Assembly (NCBI GenBank): GCA_032718475.1
Contig: JAUCBJ010008760.1
Coordinates: forward strand, 1-57,486
Direction: 5' to 3'
DNA length: 57,486 bases
Source: Nemertoderma westbladi
Taxonomy: Eukaryota > Animalia > Xenacoelomorpha
Of this stretch, positions 1 to 12,639 are shown one piece after another. The position numbers and the translations under genes are program-made. How positions within the stretch are numbered: position 1 is the first letter of the stretch; each line of letters opens with the position of its first letter. The notes beneath the pieces are model-generated. The model searched no databases. It worked only from the letters and a program-made list of their open reading frames with translations, and was not told the DNA's origin.

Positions 1-188
1 TCTCATGCCTATGTGCACTGGCATACCGGTACTGACTTGTTGTTTTATACTGCTATTTGCTGTCAGTTCTTCATAATATGGTTGATGAATAATTATATTT
101 ATAATAATAAATGAATTGTTGTGGGGTGAGTGACGGTGAATTAAATATATAATGTAGATAGGACAATATGATAATGCTCTCCATAGCG

Positions 189-280
189 AAAAATATCAAC
201 CGGCCCTATTGGGGCTCGAACCCGGTACCTAGGTTTCAAACTTCTGGTTATCATCAGCCGGGTGACTGTACTGAGCTACC
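189..280 (-). ncRNA. tRNA-like Pol III unit with embedded minimal type I hammerhead ribozyme (core 220-263)
   Basis: Minus strand reads ggTAGCTCAGTacagtc-ACCCGG-CTGATGA-taac cagaa gttt-GAAA-CCTAGG-TA-CCGGGT-tcgagcccc...TTTTT. It has an A-box-like motif (266-278), stem I ACCCGG/CCGGGT, an intact CUGAUGA...GAAA core, palindromic stem III, a GUA cleavage triplet, B box GGTTCGAGCCC (212-222) and T5 at 189-193. Confidence 0.75.
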
Positions 281-1529
281 AGTACAGTAAATAATTATAT
301 TTGGAATAACGATAAATAACCCCGCAACCCAATATTCTTGATATACCGAAGGTAAGAGAGAAAGGTTACCAATAACGATTGTGACTTATGTTAAAGTGGT
401 TTGAAGTGAATCTAATGTTATTTGATAGACCCTACATGAGTCAGCCTGTGTTCCTTTTATATGTGACTAAAATCAGTGAAGATTGGCAGATTAGTGTGCA
501 GTATTGTGCAGCATAGTGTATGAGTGAGTCTGTTAAAGAAGCAATTCCTAAAGAATGCGCCATATATGTGGATTATAATTAAGCCATATCGTTGCGAGTA
601 GTTTAAGTCATAACTCTGTTTATGTAGATAAAGCGCCACGTCCTAAAGGAACTGTTAATATTACCGAAGGTGAATAATATTGTCAGAGATTATATAATAC
701 TGTCAGTCGAATAATACATTAGGCTTACATAGCAATAAAAATTAAACCGTCGAACCCAATCTCCCGGGAATATCCAGCGGGTGAATGGTCGCGCACGGAT
801 TGGTTTCGACTAGTGTAGTGAATCAAATACTTGTCATAGACTAAAAAGCAGATTTATTATCTAGAAGACATTCTAATTTGGCGGGTTAAACTGCCAAAGG
901 TCTGAAAGCGCGAACATTACCGGTACTATTAATATCACAAACACACTAGAGGCACACTGGAAATTAAATTTTGATCAAGTTTACCATTATAAATTACAAA
1001 ATTAAACTTAAAAGTGAAAGGAGCAGCCTATCGAGGTGGGTCTAACCAAAACAATAAATATATGATTACTAAAACAAATTTCGAATTAAGGAAAATGAGC
1101 AGGATTCAGAAGCATGGCTTTTATAACCAAAACAATAAATGATAACAGTACTGTACAAGCACTGAAACAACATGTACAGTAAAATGTGGGTGCCTTAGTG
1201 TGATCTTGTGACGTGCCACTTTCATTACATACTATCAGTATATTTAGTTACAAAATATTACCATAGAGTGGGTCCAACTTTCCTACAACTACTACCTATT
1301 AGCTCTAGAAAGAGGACGTTTCGTAATGAACATTATTATTAGTGTATATTACAGTAATATATTAAAGTGCCTCATTTTTAGTTTCAGATATATTTTTTTT
1401 ATTTGGCAAGTGATTCTTTTGATTTTTTTGGGCAAGTGACTCATTGGGCAAGTGACTGCAATGCACCCAGCCCCGATGAGACTACATTAATTCAATGACT
1501 GCTTACTACGTGAGATCATATATATTGAA

Positions 1530-1741
1530 TCTATAACTGAAACTGTAACTGAATTTTATCACGATCAAATCTGTAACTGAAACTGAAATGCTCAATTTTA
1601 TAATACTGAAACTGTAACTGTAACTGAAATGTTACACTTTGTAATACTGAAACTGTAACTGTAACTGAAATGCAAAACTTTGAATACTGAAACTGTAACT
1701 GTAACTGAAATTAGTCAAAATTGATTCAGTTCTCAACACTA
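1530..1741. repeat. Degenerate (aactgaaactgt)n array, probable subterminal repeats of a MITE
   Basis: Repeated AACTGAAACTGTAACTG motifs ending in ...tctcaacacta, a hAT-like end. Confidence 0.5.
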
Positions 1742-1749
1742 GTAGGCTG

Positions 1750-2550
1750 TGGGGGTGACTTGATACATCTTGGAAATTTTAAAAAAAGAACGAAGTCCCC
1801 ACCTAACAGGGATATAAAATTATGGCTAAAATTAAAAATAACTCCATTTTTTATGGCAAAATATTTCATATTTAACAAGTTAAATTGCACTTTAAAAACG
1901 AAAAGACCTTCATTGCATAGTGACATCCTGACACCAGTAAGTAAGACAAAACATTTTAGAAAAAACTGGAAACTAAAACAATGAATTTAAGCACACATTT
2001 TGCAAATTTAAGGTTTAACTGTCTAAGTAAAGATAAAATATTTTAGAAAATTTAACATATAAAAATATTTAACAAGTTAAATTGAAGTTTAAAAACGAAA
2101 AAGACTTTCATTGCATTGTGACATCCTGACACCAGTAAATAAGACAAAACATTTTAGAAAAAACTGCAAACTAAATCAATGAATTTAAGCACAAATTTTG
2201 CCAAATCAACGTTTAAGTCACAGGTATCAGAACATTAAAAATAATTTTTGAACAACATTAACCCAAAGTGTCAAAAATTCGACCTAGGCCTATATTTTGA
2301 CATTAAAAAAAAGTGAATTTTTGAAAAATGCATTTTTGGCTCTAGTGATCACAAATGCAAAGCAATGACAAAATTTATTTTACTATTTGATAGACAATTT
2401 ATTCAGACATCTTCTAATATTTCAATTTTTATCATAACATCACACAATCACAGAATCACCCACAATCTACAATCCGTTAAAGAAAAAAAGTATAACTTGC
2501 TGTATCAAATCAAGTCACCTCAATGTATCAAGTCACCCCGAATTACGGTA
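1750..2550. mobile_element. Non-autonomous DNA transposon with TIRs and an internal ~190 bp direct duplication
   Basis: GGGGTGACTTGATACA at ~1753 is inverted to TGTATCAAGTCACCCC at ~2524. Segment ~1860-2030 is repeated at ~2060-2215. Confidence 0.6.
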
Positions 2551-2800
2551 GCAGACTAGCAGAGTATAGTACCGGTACACTGGTACAGGAGTAGGCCTAG
2601 CAGCCTAGGACAGTACACAGTACAGCAGTAGTAGATGGCAGAATGGTGATTGTCGAGCTCGAGAGAACTGTCTGCGATAGGCCAGTAGGCAGTGGACAGG
2701 TCACAGGTAGGCAACAATCTAGTTCAGTAGTTTAGTTACTAAGTCTGTAAGTCGGGGCGAACAGCGAGGTAACGGTAGCGCAGCGCCCATCAGCCCGTAG

Positions 2801-4265
2801 GACAAGTCCCTAAAAGGTGCCACCCTCCTCCATAGCGCGGGAAATTCAAATGATTGAAAGACATGTAATTTCTACTGGAAAGGGTGGCAGATCATATCTG
2901 CTACCTATATTTTGGCGGTAAATTCAAATCTGTTATAACGTTGAATACATGAATAGAGTAAGACTAATGTAATTCATTGAATCAGAATAAATTATTTCTT
3001 ATCGGTTTAACTCACTCATCCGTTATTGTTGTTGTTTTATCTATTCTGGGGCTTCGAGCAGCACGTGAACAACTAAACCAGCACGTTAACTAGTCTGGGG
3101 CTTCGAGCAGCACGTGAACAACTAAACTGGCTGGATACACTAGTCTGGGACTTCGAGCAGCACGTGAACAACTAAGCTGACTGGTTAGCTAGTCTGGGAC
3201 TTTGAACAGCACGTGAACAACTCAGCTGACTGGTTAACTAGTCTGGGACTTCAAGCAGCACGTGAACAACTAAGCTGACTGGTTAACTAGTCTGCGACTT
3301 CGAGCAGCACGTGAACAAAACTAAACCAGCACGTTAACTAGTTTGGGGCTTCGAGCAGCACGTGAACAACTAAGCTGACTGGTTAACTATAGTCTGGGAC
3401 TTCCAGTAGCACGTGAACAACTAAGCTGACTGGTTAACTAGTCTGGGACTTCGAGCAGCACGGAACAAAACTAAACCAGCACGTTAACTAGTTTGGGGCT
3501 TCGAGCAGCACGTGAACAACTAAGCTGACTGGTTAACTATCAGACTATAGTCTGGGACTTCCAGTAGCACGTGAACAACTAAGCGGACTGGTTAACTAGT
3601 CTGGGACTTCGTGCAAAATTGAGGAGGGGGGGGGGGGGGGGGGGGGTCGGGGGATTTGGCTCAACTTCTATCAGTAAAATGTAAAGAACATTTAATATTT
3701 GCTTGTATCAGTTATAATTACATCAGAACATTATAATTATAACAATATAGCAGGGAACTGATAGTAAAATATATCGCAGGTAAGCCTACTACTGTCAGAC
3801 TGTAATAACAATAGGTGTATAATGCTTCTGCCTATACTGCTATATCTGTCCCAGACATGTACCAGACTAGTTAACCAGTCAGCTTAGTTGTTAACGTGCT
3901 GCTCGAAGTCCCAGACTTGTTAACCAGCCAGTTTAGTTGTTCACGTGCTGCTCGAAGCCCCAGACTAGTTAACGTGCTGGTTTAGTTGTTCACGTGCTGC
4001 TCGAAGTCCCAGAATAGATAAATCAACAACATTACCGGATGAGTGAGTTAAACCGATATTAAATAATTTATTCTGATTCAATGAATTACATTGGCAGATT
4101 GGTCTTACTCTATTAATGTATTCAATGTTAAAACAGATTTGAATTTACCGCCAATATATAGGTGGCAGATCTGATCTGCCTCCCTTTCCAGTACAAATAA
4201 CATGTCTTTCAATCATTTGAATTTCCCGCGCTATGGAGCAGGGTGGCACCTTTTAGGGACTTGTG
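2801..4265. mobile_element. Foldback-type element: ~240 bp TIRs plus inverted arrays of a ~49 bp repeat
   Basis: ACAAGTCCCTAAAAGGTGCCACC... (2802 onward) is mirrored by ...GGTGGCACCTTTTAGGGACTTGT (to 4264). About 11 units of ctagtctgggacttcgagcagcacgtgaacaactaagctgactggttaa lie at 3044-3612 and about 3 inverted units at 3862-4012. Confidence 0.85.
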
Positions 4266-4959
4266 CCCGTCTGCCCGTAGGCCTACAAATGTAGCGGAAG
4301 GCGTTATATATGAAGTGAAGACCTGAAGACTAGGCCTACCTAGCTAGCTCAGTACGGTAGCTGCCTACCTTCAAACCTTGCAGCCTTGGCCTAGCAGCCT
4401 AGCCTCTGAGCCTAGGCTGCTAGGCTCTTCTGCCCTTGAGGCTTGAGCAGTTGAGCCCTGCCCTCTATACAGCTATAAGCTGATAAGCCTACTTCAGTAC
4501 AGCTTACAGCAGTACCGGTCTGCCGGTACCCTACTTATAACTGATAACAGTCTGACAGTCACAGCTGACAGTCAGACAGTATAAAGTTAACCAGGGGGTG
4601 TCACTGTCTGATTTCCATGTGAAATTACTGAATTATGTGTATGTGTTTATGAATACCGACCGGCACCATTATGCATTAGCTAGTTAGGCAGTTAGGGTAC
4701 ACTGGTACAGAGGTAGGTTTCTACCCTAACTGTTAGCTGATTAGCGCAGTGCGCAGTTGCGGTAAGATATAAAACCTGATAGTGCAGTGCGCAAGTGCAG
4801 CAGCTGCAGTACAGCAGTAGGCCTAGTACAGTATTACTGTAGTAAGTACAGCACAGCCTGCCAGTAGTCAGTCAGGCAGTTAGTAATGCAGTTTTAGTAG
4901 TATATCAAGTCAGGAGGCCTATGTCCTGTGTCACGGCTGTACATGTATGGGTGTTGTTG

Positions 4960-5175
4960 AATAAATGGGAATCAACACAACTTAATTGGAGTGGTAGGGT
5001 TTACTGTAGAAGGTCACCCATGGTGGTGAACAGGCATTCCTTTAGGAAACAAAGTGGAAGGGTTTACTGTACCCATGGTGGTGAACAGGCATTCCTTTAG
5101 GAAACAAAGTGGATGGGTTTACTGTGGAAGATCACCCATGGTGGTGAACAGGCATTCCCTGGCTTAACGAGCCGA
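4960..5175 (+). mobile_element. 5'-truncated copy of the SINE at 42797 with 3 copies of the 63 bp unit
   Basis: Same gggtttactgtggaagatcacccatggtggtgaacaggcattcc unit and the same tggcttaacgagcc 3' end as 42943-43395. Confidence 0.8.
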
Positions 5176-7777
5176 GCTCAATTTAAACTGAAAAGTTAAC
5201 TTTATTTCAATTTTACTGTATGTATGCATGTGATATATTGTAAACTACTGAGGTACACTTTATTTTATTTAGGCAAGTCAATTTTATTATATAATTTTAA
5301 ACACGTATTATCCTGCCGTCCAAGCTCAGTATATTGATCTAATTGGACATAGCCCGATTTACTTAAAACAATGTAAAATTAATTAGCGGTATTATGATTT
5401 ATTTATATATTCAGTATTGTGCAATATGTATTTATATGGGAAAAAAATCAATCAATCAAACCATGCCCTGAAATATTCACTGTGTAGTGTTAGTTGTTGT
5501 TATTCAGGTACCTGAACCCACCTCCCAATAATTTCTACAAATCTTATTGAAATTGCATGAAATTTAAAATTCTACAGTTAATGTTCCTGGAGACTTTTTC
5601 AAAATCCTCAATGATGCCATCTGGGCATCAGTCGGAATATTGATCACAATAAAATTTCCTACCAAAATCACCCAAAACATTTACTAAATACTCCCATGCA
5701 AGGTTCAGTGAAAATCCTGTACGGCATATCAGCCAGGCTAATCTGTAACGATGTTTTTTTTCTTACTGTTCGAATATCCACAGGAAGACCTGTAGACCCC
5801 TGCTTCGTATTCAGTGAGTAGTGCCATCATTATTATTATGTATCAATGACTTGCCTTTAGTAATAGATTCAAAGTTATGTTCTGTTTCTAGTCTGTTAGG
5901 CGAGATATTGGTTGATTCACTTTCATTGTATTCTCTGTTAATAGTTTGTTCTGAATTGATGTTTCCATTATTAGATGTTAGTGATCATTTAAGTCTCTTC
6001 TGTCTATCTATATCTGACATCTTAGTAAGCCCCCCCCCCTGACTCCAGGATATACTAGATGTAGCTATGCACTGCACAATTCATAAAACGTAATCGTAAA
6101 ACGTAAACGTAACAGTTAGGTGAACACAGTAATAAATTATTATAAACTAATAACTTAACTGTAGGACTATTGTACTGTACCTATTTTTACATTGCGCCCG
6201 GGAGGTGAGATTTAACTGCAGAATTAAAAGAATGTTGATTATTAGGTTTTTTATTCTTCAGTATCAGGCAGAGCGTTCCAATTTTTAATACCGTTAAAAA
6301 GTAAAGTCTTATCAGTTTCGAAGGATTTACAATAGATACGATAGGAACGATATTTAGGTAATTGGGACCCTGGATAAAAAGTATTAGATAACTTTTTGAA
6401 ATTTATATTTATAACAAACCTAAAAATTTACATAAATTTGCAGCGCCACCTAGCGGTGCAGAATTATTTTTACAAAATTTCTCCTGATAGATATGTTGCC
6501 CCATCTTTGATCTATCATATCAAAAAACTTTTTCATGATTAGATTAGTAAAAGCCTGTAAAAGCCTTTAGAGTTTTAATCCCAACCAAGTTTTTTTTATT
6601 GTTAACTAGTATTAACTAATATTAAATAGCGAAAAATAAAATTTTCTGACCTGTCATGTAGAATAGCATCTTAAGTACCCATATTCCAAATTATAGCCAA
6701 AACCAATCAATTTTGAAACGCTGAGAGTGATAAGTGGAAGAGTTCTCCGAAAATGGTGTACCACCCCCTTAATAAATCGTACTACTTTATTCTGAGCTAT
6801 GTACGTTTGTAATTTACATGTAAGCTGTTTGAGTATGCCTTCATACCAAGAAGAGCAGGCATTAGTCCATGTGACAGTGTATTAAAGAAGATCAAAGCAT
6901 CTTGCGAGAGTCGGTGTTGAAACTATTTTAGTTTCTGTTATGTTAGAAACTTAAGCCTACTGGTAAGTTTCGAAAAATATTTTTCACTGTGCTTTCTTCT
7001 GATAAGCAGTTATCCAATGTGGCGCCTAAATATTTAACTTCCTTTTTAATTTCTATCTTACTGTATGTCCATTAATAGTGACTTCAAACTTAGATACCTT
7101 TTTTAATTTTCTTTGCAAACCAAAAATACTTTCAAAAAATAGATAACACAATCTGAATTGCGTTGAGTAATAGCAGAGATATGTGCGTTAACAAGCTACA
7201 TGGTTTTGCATCAGCCCGAGGCTATGTTATTACATATTTAATAAGTACATAATAATAATTCTGTAACATTTTTTTTTATCAAATGCTCCGAAATAATGCA
7301 ATACCTCTTTAATCATACTACTACGTAGCTATTCATACATAAACGAAATGTTCCAGACATAACAACATTGTTTAACAACCTCGTTCTTCGACATCGGTAG
7401 TTATACGGTTTATTTTGCTTCAGGTGAATATATAAAAGATTGAATAATATAATATTTTGTGTCCAGTCCCCCCCCCTCCCATATCCCCTTAAGTTATATT
7501 TTTAAATTCGTCCCTTTTCGTGCCGTGACAGACATATTTTTGACATTCCTATAAATATTGATAAAGGGTGTCGATAATTCGATATATAAAACAACTTATA
7601 GTGAAGATACGGTTGAAAATTATTTTCCTGCAAAATTTACATATTATTTTTAAATTGTTTTTGTTAATTTAGTAATGCACCATAAGTCCATAAACCGAGA
7701 TAAATCACAGCTGTCTGTATTCCATTAGCACACATATTAAACCGGTTGTTAAAGATAAACAATAGCGATTAGTTGAA

Positions 7778-10700
7778 CTACCGTACTGTTTGTTTAGAAT
7801 AAAGTGGAACAGTTAGTTTGACTTTCCCCGGCATATTATGAGACAAATCAACATCCTTTACAGACTTTATTAAATCTTTCTCCTGTTGCGTGGCGCCGCG
7901 GTCGCTGTTGAATATCTGAAGGGCGGCTTTCGCAGCCCTTCCTTTCTTGCTAGTCCCCGGAGTTATTTTCACTTTGTATTTGTAGGACAGCATAGTCTGG
8001 TATGGGGCCACTACCGGAACAGCAAAGAGCAGTAAATCCTCGGATATAGGGCAGCCAGTGAGAGAATCCAAGACAGAAACGTCCTCACCAGGCAGTTCAA
8101 TGTTCTCCTCAACTAGAACCGCTTGTTTCTCGTCATCAGATCCAACATCATCATTTACAATTGACTCCAAAATAGTATCTTCCGCGATCCCCTTGCTATC
8201 ATGTTGATCACCAGCCACTGTCGGTGGATTCCATTGGGTGCCATGTTGATCACCACCCACTGGTGGTTTCCCTTGGTTAACATTTCGACACCCGATTACT
8301 GGTGCTTTCCCTTGGTTACCATGTCTCCCACCCTTTCCCTCTACAACATTTTTCTTTTCGTTTTTCCTTGGCCGCCTCTCTCCACCCGATGCTAATAACT
8401 TCATTCTAGCTTCTCTCTCTTCATCATCCTGATCTTTGTATTTCTGCATTTTCTTCTTCAGCTTTGATTTCTGTCCCCTTTTCATTTGTGGAACCGGAGG
8501 ATCTGTAGATGATAAACTCTTTACATCAACGCCATCATCCTTATTATTAGTTAAATAGTTCGGTGTATGAGTTTCCGAATCTAATGATAATGAATCACAC
8601 CGATCGGCAATGCCACTACCTCCACTCACATTAACCACATCATCAGGCTCTTCCAGGACAAGGATATCCACCTCATCTTCATTCAATACTCCACTTATAG
8701 ACTCGACTTCCTGTTGTTTTTTCCGTTCTCTCCGTTGTTTAGCAGACAGTCTCGCTTTGGATGGACCCGGCTGGGGCCTCTTGGACAGGTCAATGACCTC
8801 GCCACCTCCAAGACTCACCAGGTAACCTTCGTCAACCAAATCAACTGGCTCTTCCAGCTTCAACTTATCGACACCTTTAATTTGAGTTAATTCGATTTTA
8901 GTATCGGGAAATTCAACTTCATCATCTTCATCCTTCTCCGTAATTTCTTCATTGACAGTATCGATAATTTTGCTAACTTTCTCCATGTATTCATCGTCTA
9001 TCTCAACATCCTGGTTGTCCTTGGAAACATCTCGGCTAGACGAGTCGGATGTAGATGCCGACTGTCGCTCCCCTTGATGCCTCGCCACGCAGGTCTCCTC
9101 CAGCTTGAAGAGAAACCCGAACCCCAACAGCAGTTGGGTGTGGGGCAGGTAATTCTTCTTACCGCGGATCATAAAGGCCCCAGTGGTGAGGTATTCACCG
9201 GTCGGTGCAGTCTTAGAGACCTGATGGTGGTGGACCCACCAGCCGCTGGTGACCACTCTAGCAGCCCACGCGGCGCTCAAACATACCGCCATGGTGCCGG
9301 CTTCCTCCAGGGTACGCGCCGGGGGTGGCTGGCCGCCCGGGTTCTTTACTACGATGCTGGAGGCACCGTGCAGATCTGCGTGGACATAGACATCAGAAGG
9401 GCCCCGCAGATGTCGTTTCACTATCAACTCGTTCTGCTGCGAGTCGCGACCTCCGATAACCAACAAGTTATCCGAACTAATAAACCAAAAGAATTTCTCC
9501 CACCAAAACGTTTTACGCGCTTTCTGTATGTTTGTGATGGTGTCAACAGCTTTCATCTTCTCTTTTGTCTTCCTCTGGGCGGCCTTCAAGGCTTTCTCTG
9601 AAGCTGCTATTGTTTTCTCCTGCTTTTTAGCAGCAAATCGTTTATGGTCGTAGTATTTGGTGGCGTTGCAATACGCCGAAAGACCTAAATCTATCTCCAA
9701 TTCCTTGGTTGAAGAAGCTTCTTCTTCTTCGTCGCTATTAACATACGGATCTTCAAGTTTCAGGGTCATTTTATTGCGTTCCAGTTGGAGTTTCATTATA
9801 GCGGAAGCAACTTTATCACCAGTTTGTTTGGCTTCATCCACCATGGCTTCGACGTCTTTCCAAGACAAACGATGAGCGAGGAAGCTGTTAACCACAATGA
9901 TAGCGCGATCCACTGTATCCACGTTATAAAGAATAAGGTCGGCTCTAGATTTATCTTCCTGTTGGCTCTTCGCTAGACCTTCTAGCCTCCGTTCGTGGTC
10001 CTTCTTTACGTTGGATAACTTCTTTAATGCTCCCTTTTCTTGCTGAACAACTCTCTGGTCTATTTTTTGACCCTCTAGCTGAGAATAAAACGAGTCGACT
10101 GCAACATTAAAACTCGAGAATTCCCGAAAATCTCTAGATTCCAACTGGGAAAATAAATAAGGTTGGAATTCTTCGTAGTCAGATCTTAGAGTATCGCCAT
10201 CTTTGGGTTTATTATATTTCTTTAATATTATAAATCCTTTATCTAAAACTTCGCTAACATCAGCAAGTTGGATACCATATCGCAGCGCTTCAATAACTTT
10301 ATCTATAAGTTCAGGAGATTCTAATATTTCACGAACTTTAATTCCCTCGCTAATTCCTGCCTTACATAAACAATGAGTTGTCAAGGCAATACCGAATGGG
10401 AACACGTGATTAACGGCGCGAACAAGCAAGTCATCTGGGGCCGCGGATAACACGGAATGGAGACCACTGGGGTCAGGGATTGGCGGGAGTTGCCGACACG
10501 CGGTTACCGGGTAGGTTTCCCGAACCGCGAATACAACGTCTTCCTCTACGTCTGTTCGGACCCGCAAGAGATTCAGTATGGTGTACTGGTAGTCCGTTAA
10601 AATAACGTTGCCTCTATCATAGAGCTCAACGACGATATGATAGGCGGCCTCGTCGTAACCGAACTGTAGGTCGACGACTCGATCTATTCCGAGTTGTGAG

Positions 10701-10969
10701 ACGTTGACGCACCGACGTGTTCGGAGATGTTTCCTCAGTTTCATCGTGAAGTTACTCGGCATTTGGTGTTTGGGCCACTCGAATTCGGTGAGATGCATTC
10801 GAACGCCGGATTCGAACAGCAGCATTCGCTTGTTGTCGGGTTTGGCGAGTTTCAGCAAGTAGGTTTTGTTGTTTACATCGTATATGTTGGCGACTCGCAA
10901 CCCGATTACTGCGGCACGAATCTCCGGCAGCACAGCTCGGATATCCAAAGTTGTAAATTTGGTTTTCAT
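7778..10969 (-). CDS. NEMF: Nuclear export mediator factor NEMF (Caliban/SDCCAG1/Rqc2), ribosome quality control subunit, 1063 aa, single coding exon
   Basis: N-terminus MKTKFTTLDIRA..RVANIYDVNNKTYL; FTMKLRKHL; conserved DR motif (GIDRVV); NFACT-R region FWWEKFFWFISSDNLLVIGGRDSQQNELIVKR..HADLHGASS; VSKTAPTGEYLTTGAFMIRGKKN; C-terminal LDSLTGCP..YKYKVKITPG (NFACT-C). Confidence 0.97.
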   Translation of the reverse strand: MKTKFTTLDIRAVLPEIRAAVIGLRVANIYDVNNKTYLLKLAKPDNKRMLLFESGVRMHLTEFEWPKHQMPSNFTMKLRKHLRTRRCVNVSQLGIDRVVDLQFGYDEAAYHIVVELYDRGNVILTDYQYTILNLLRVRTDVEEDVVFAVRETYPVTACRQLPPIPDPSGLHSVLSAAPDDLLVRAVNHVFPFGIALTTHCLCKAGISEGIKVREILESPELIDKVIEALRYGIQLADVSEVLDKGFIILKKYNKPKDGDTLRSDYEEFQPYLFSQLESRDFREFSSFNVAVDSFYSQLEGQKIDQRVVQQEKGALKKLSNVKKDHERRLEGLAKSQQEDKSRADLILYNVDTVDRAIIVVNSFLAHRLSWKDVEAMVDEAKQTGDKVASAIMKLQLERNKMTLKLEDPYVNSDEEEEASSTKELEIDLGLSAYCNATKYYDHKRFAAKKQEKTIAASEKALKAAQRKTKEKMKAVDTITNIQKARKTFWWEKFFWFISSDNLLVIGGRDSQQNELIVKRHLRGPSDVYVHADLHGASSIVVKNPGGQPPPARTLEEAGTMAVCLSAAWAARVVTSGWWVHHHQVSKTAPTGEYLTTGAFMIRGKKNYLPHTQLLLGFGFLFKLEETCVARHQGERQSASTSDSSSRDVSKDNQDVEIDDEYMEKVSKIIDTVNEEITEKDEDDEVEFPDTKIELTQIKGVDKLKLEEPVDLVDEGYLVSLGGGEVIDLSKRPQPGPSKARLSAKQRRERKKQQEVESISGVLNEDEVDILVLEEPDDVVNVSGGSGIADRCDSLSLDSETHTPNYLTNNKDDGVDVKSLSSTDPPVPQMKRGQKSKLKKKMQKYKDQDDEEREARMKLLASGGERRPRKNEKKNVVEGKGGRHGNQGKAPVIGCRNVNQGKPPVGGDQHGTQWNPPTVAGDQHDSKGIAEDTILESIVNDDVGSDDEKQAVLVEENIELPGEDVSVLDSLTGCPISEDLLLFAVPVVAPYQTMLSYKYKVKITPGTSKKGRAAKAALQIFNSDRGATQQEKDLIKSVKDVDLSHNMPGKVKLTVPLYSKQTVR

Positions 10970-11769
10970 GTTATCGGTAGGTAACGATGAGTACGAAAGT
11001 ATAATACAGTAATAATAGCAGAAGTATAATAAAATATGATCTTTAGTTGGGATGGAACCTTACCATTAGGCATATAAAACCAGTCAAGGTACCGGTACTT
11101 TCTGACTTTATTCTTTATTGTACCTCTACCTGCCTACGACTGTACTACAGTACTACCTGACTACTGTGCTATGGACCGGTAATACAGTATAACTACACAA
11201 CTAGGGTAGGCCTGACTTAGAACAATGATTGAAATAATTGAATAAATACTGACTTACAGACTTAGGCCCTAGGCTATATAATACGGTAGGCCTACCACCA
11301 TGGGCATGGCCTACCTGCCTACTGTAATACTGTAATATAAAATATTTTATTCAAAAATTGAAACATTTCTTTCCTCGATCAGTTTCAACAGCTTCAAAAA
11401 AAGTTTTAACTTTTACCGGTCTGCCGGTTTGTCCGCTCACACGTTTTCGTACGCTCACGTCACGCACAAACTATTACTATTACATTAAGTGAACCAGGTA
11501 CACCAGGAACGGTACACCAGGCAACAGCTATTGTCAAATTTTAGTTTCACATTCATCTGCTGTTGTACCAGTACCAATAAGCATTGGTACTGCAGAGAAA
11601 ATTCGCAAGAGAATTCGTAGAGACTGAAACACCAGATGAAAGCAAATACTTTTTATTAATAATTAACAATTATTTGGTTCAGTCGATCAAAGATTTATCA
11701 CTTCGATGTAAGACTGCTACTATAATCAGCCTTCTGCAATGAACCAGCGTTTTGAGATGCTATGCTGGC

Positions 11770-12070
11770 TTGACAAAAATATTTTAGCTTATCAACAAAG
11801 TTTCAACGCCACAACTCCCTATCCCCCATGACTTTCGCGAGATTATCCGCATCTTCAAGGCCAGTGTCCTTTAAGAGGCGTCTCAAGAAAGTAATGGCCT
11901 GTCCGCCATGCTTATTCACTCCAAGAGGCTGCCAAAAGCACAAGATTGTGCCTTGGTGGTTGCGGTTGGTTGGCTTTTCCGCCAAGTCAGCAAGTTGATC
12001 GATTTCCATGCCTGGAATATTTCCATTCCACGACTGCTGTCGTCAGAATCATTGATGGCATCAACCTGTT
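11770..12070 (-). mobile_element. RTE-clade LINE 3' end fragment
   Basis: ORF 11803-12009 ends LLKDTGLEDADNLAKVMGDRELWR, typical of RTE ORF C-termini. A near-duplicate lies at ~12640-12790. Confidence 0.65.
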
Positions 12071-12639
12071 GGTTTATTAGCTCCTGTAGATTAACAGAGT
12101 ACTGCCTCTGTTCAGGGACCTAGATGCAGCCTTTAGCTACATTCTTGGCCGCTGTAAATCTGTTTGAGTCGTGCTCTCAGTCTGTGCCTTAGTAAGTTTA
12201 ATCCATGTATGAGATAACGTAACAATAAACTTTAATTAAATTTTAATGTACAATAAATACTGTGTAGGCCTACTGCGTGTGTTATTGTTATAAATAAATT
12301 TATAATTATAATAAAATAAATACTGTATATTAAATACAGTAATTAAATAGTATTAAGTTTCTCTTATATTCTAAATGTACATGATTAAAAATTGTGTAAA
12401 TCAGCATCCATAAAATCCTTTATATTGGGTGTAAATGCTACTCCGACAACCACAACCGACAAACGTTAAAAACGATAAGGGAAAGGAACAGGTTAGTTTC
12501 ACCTACTACTTATAATCGGCCTGCTGCATTGAAACTGCACATTGAGATGCTATGCCGCATGCCAGCTTAACAAAATTATTCGTCACCACCATGCAATATA
12601 TAGTTGTCAAGCCCAATGCAGCGTGCATTAAGAATGCTA

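Noticed and set aside
8201-10984. Plus-strand ORFs overlapping NEMF
   Set aside because: Antisense shadows of the real CDS.
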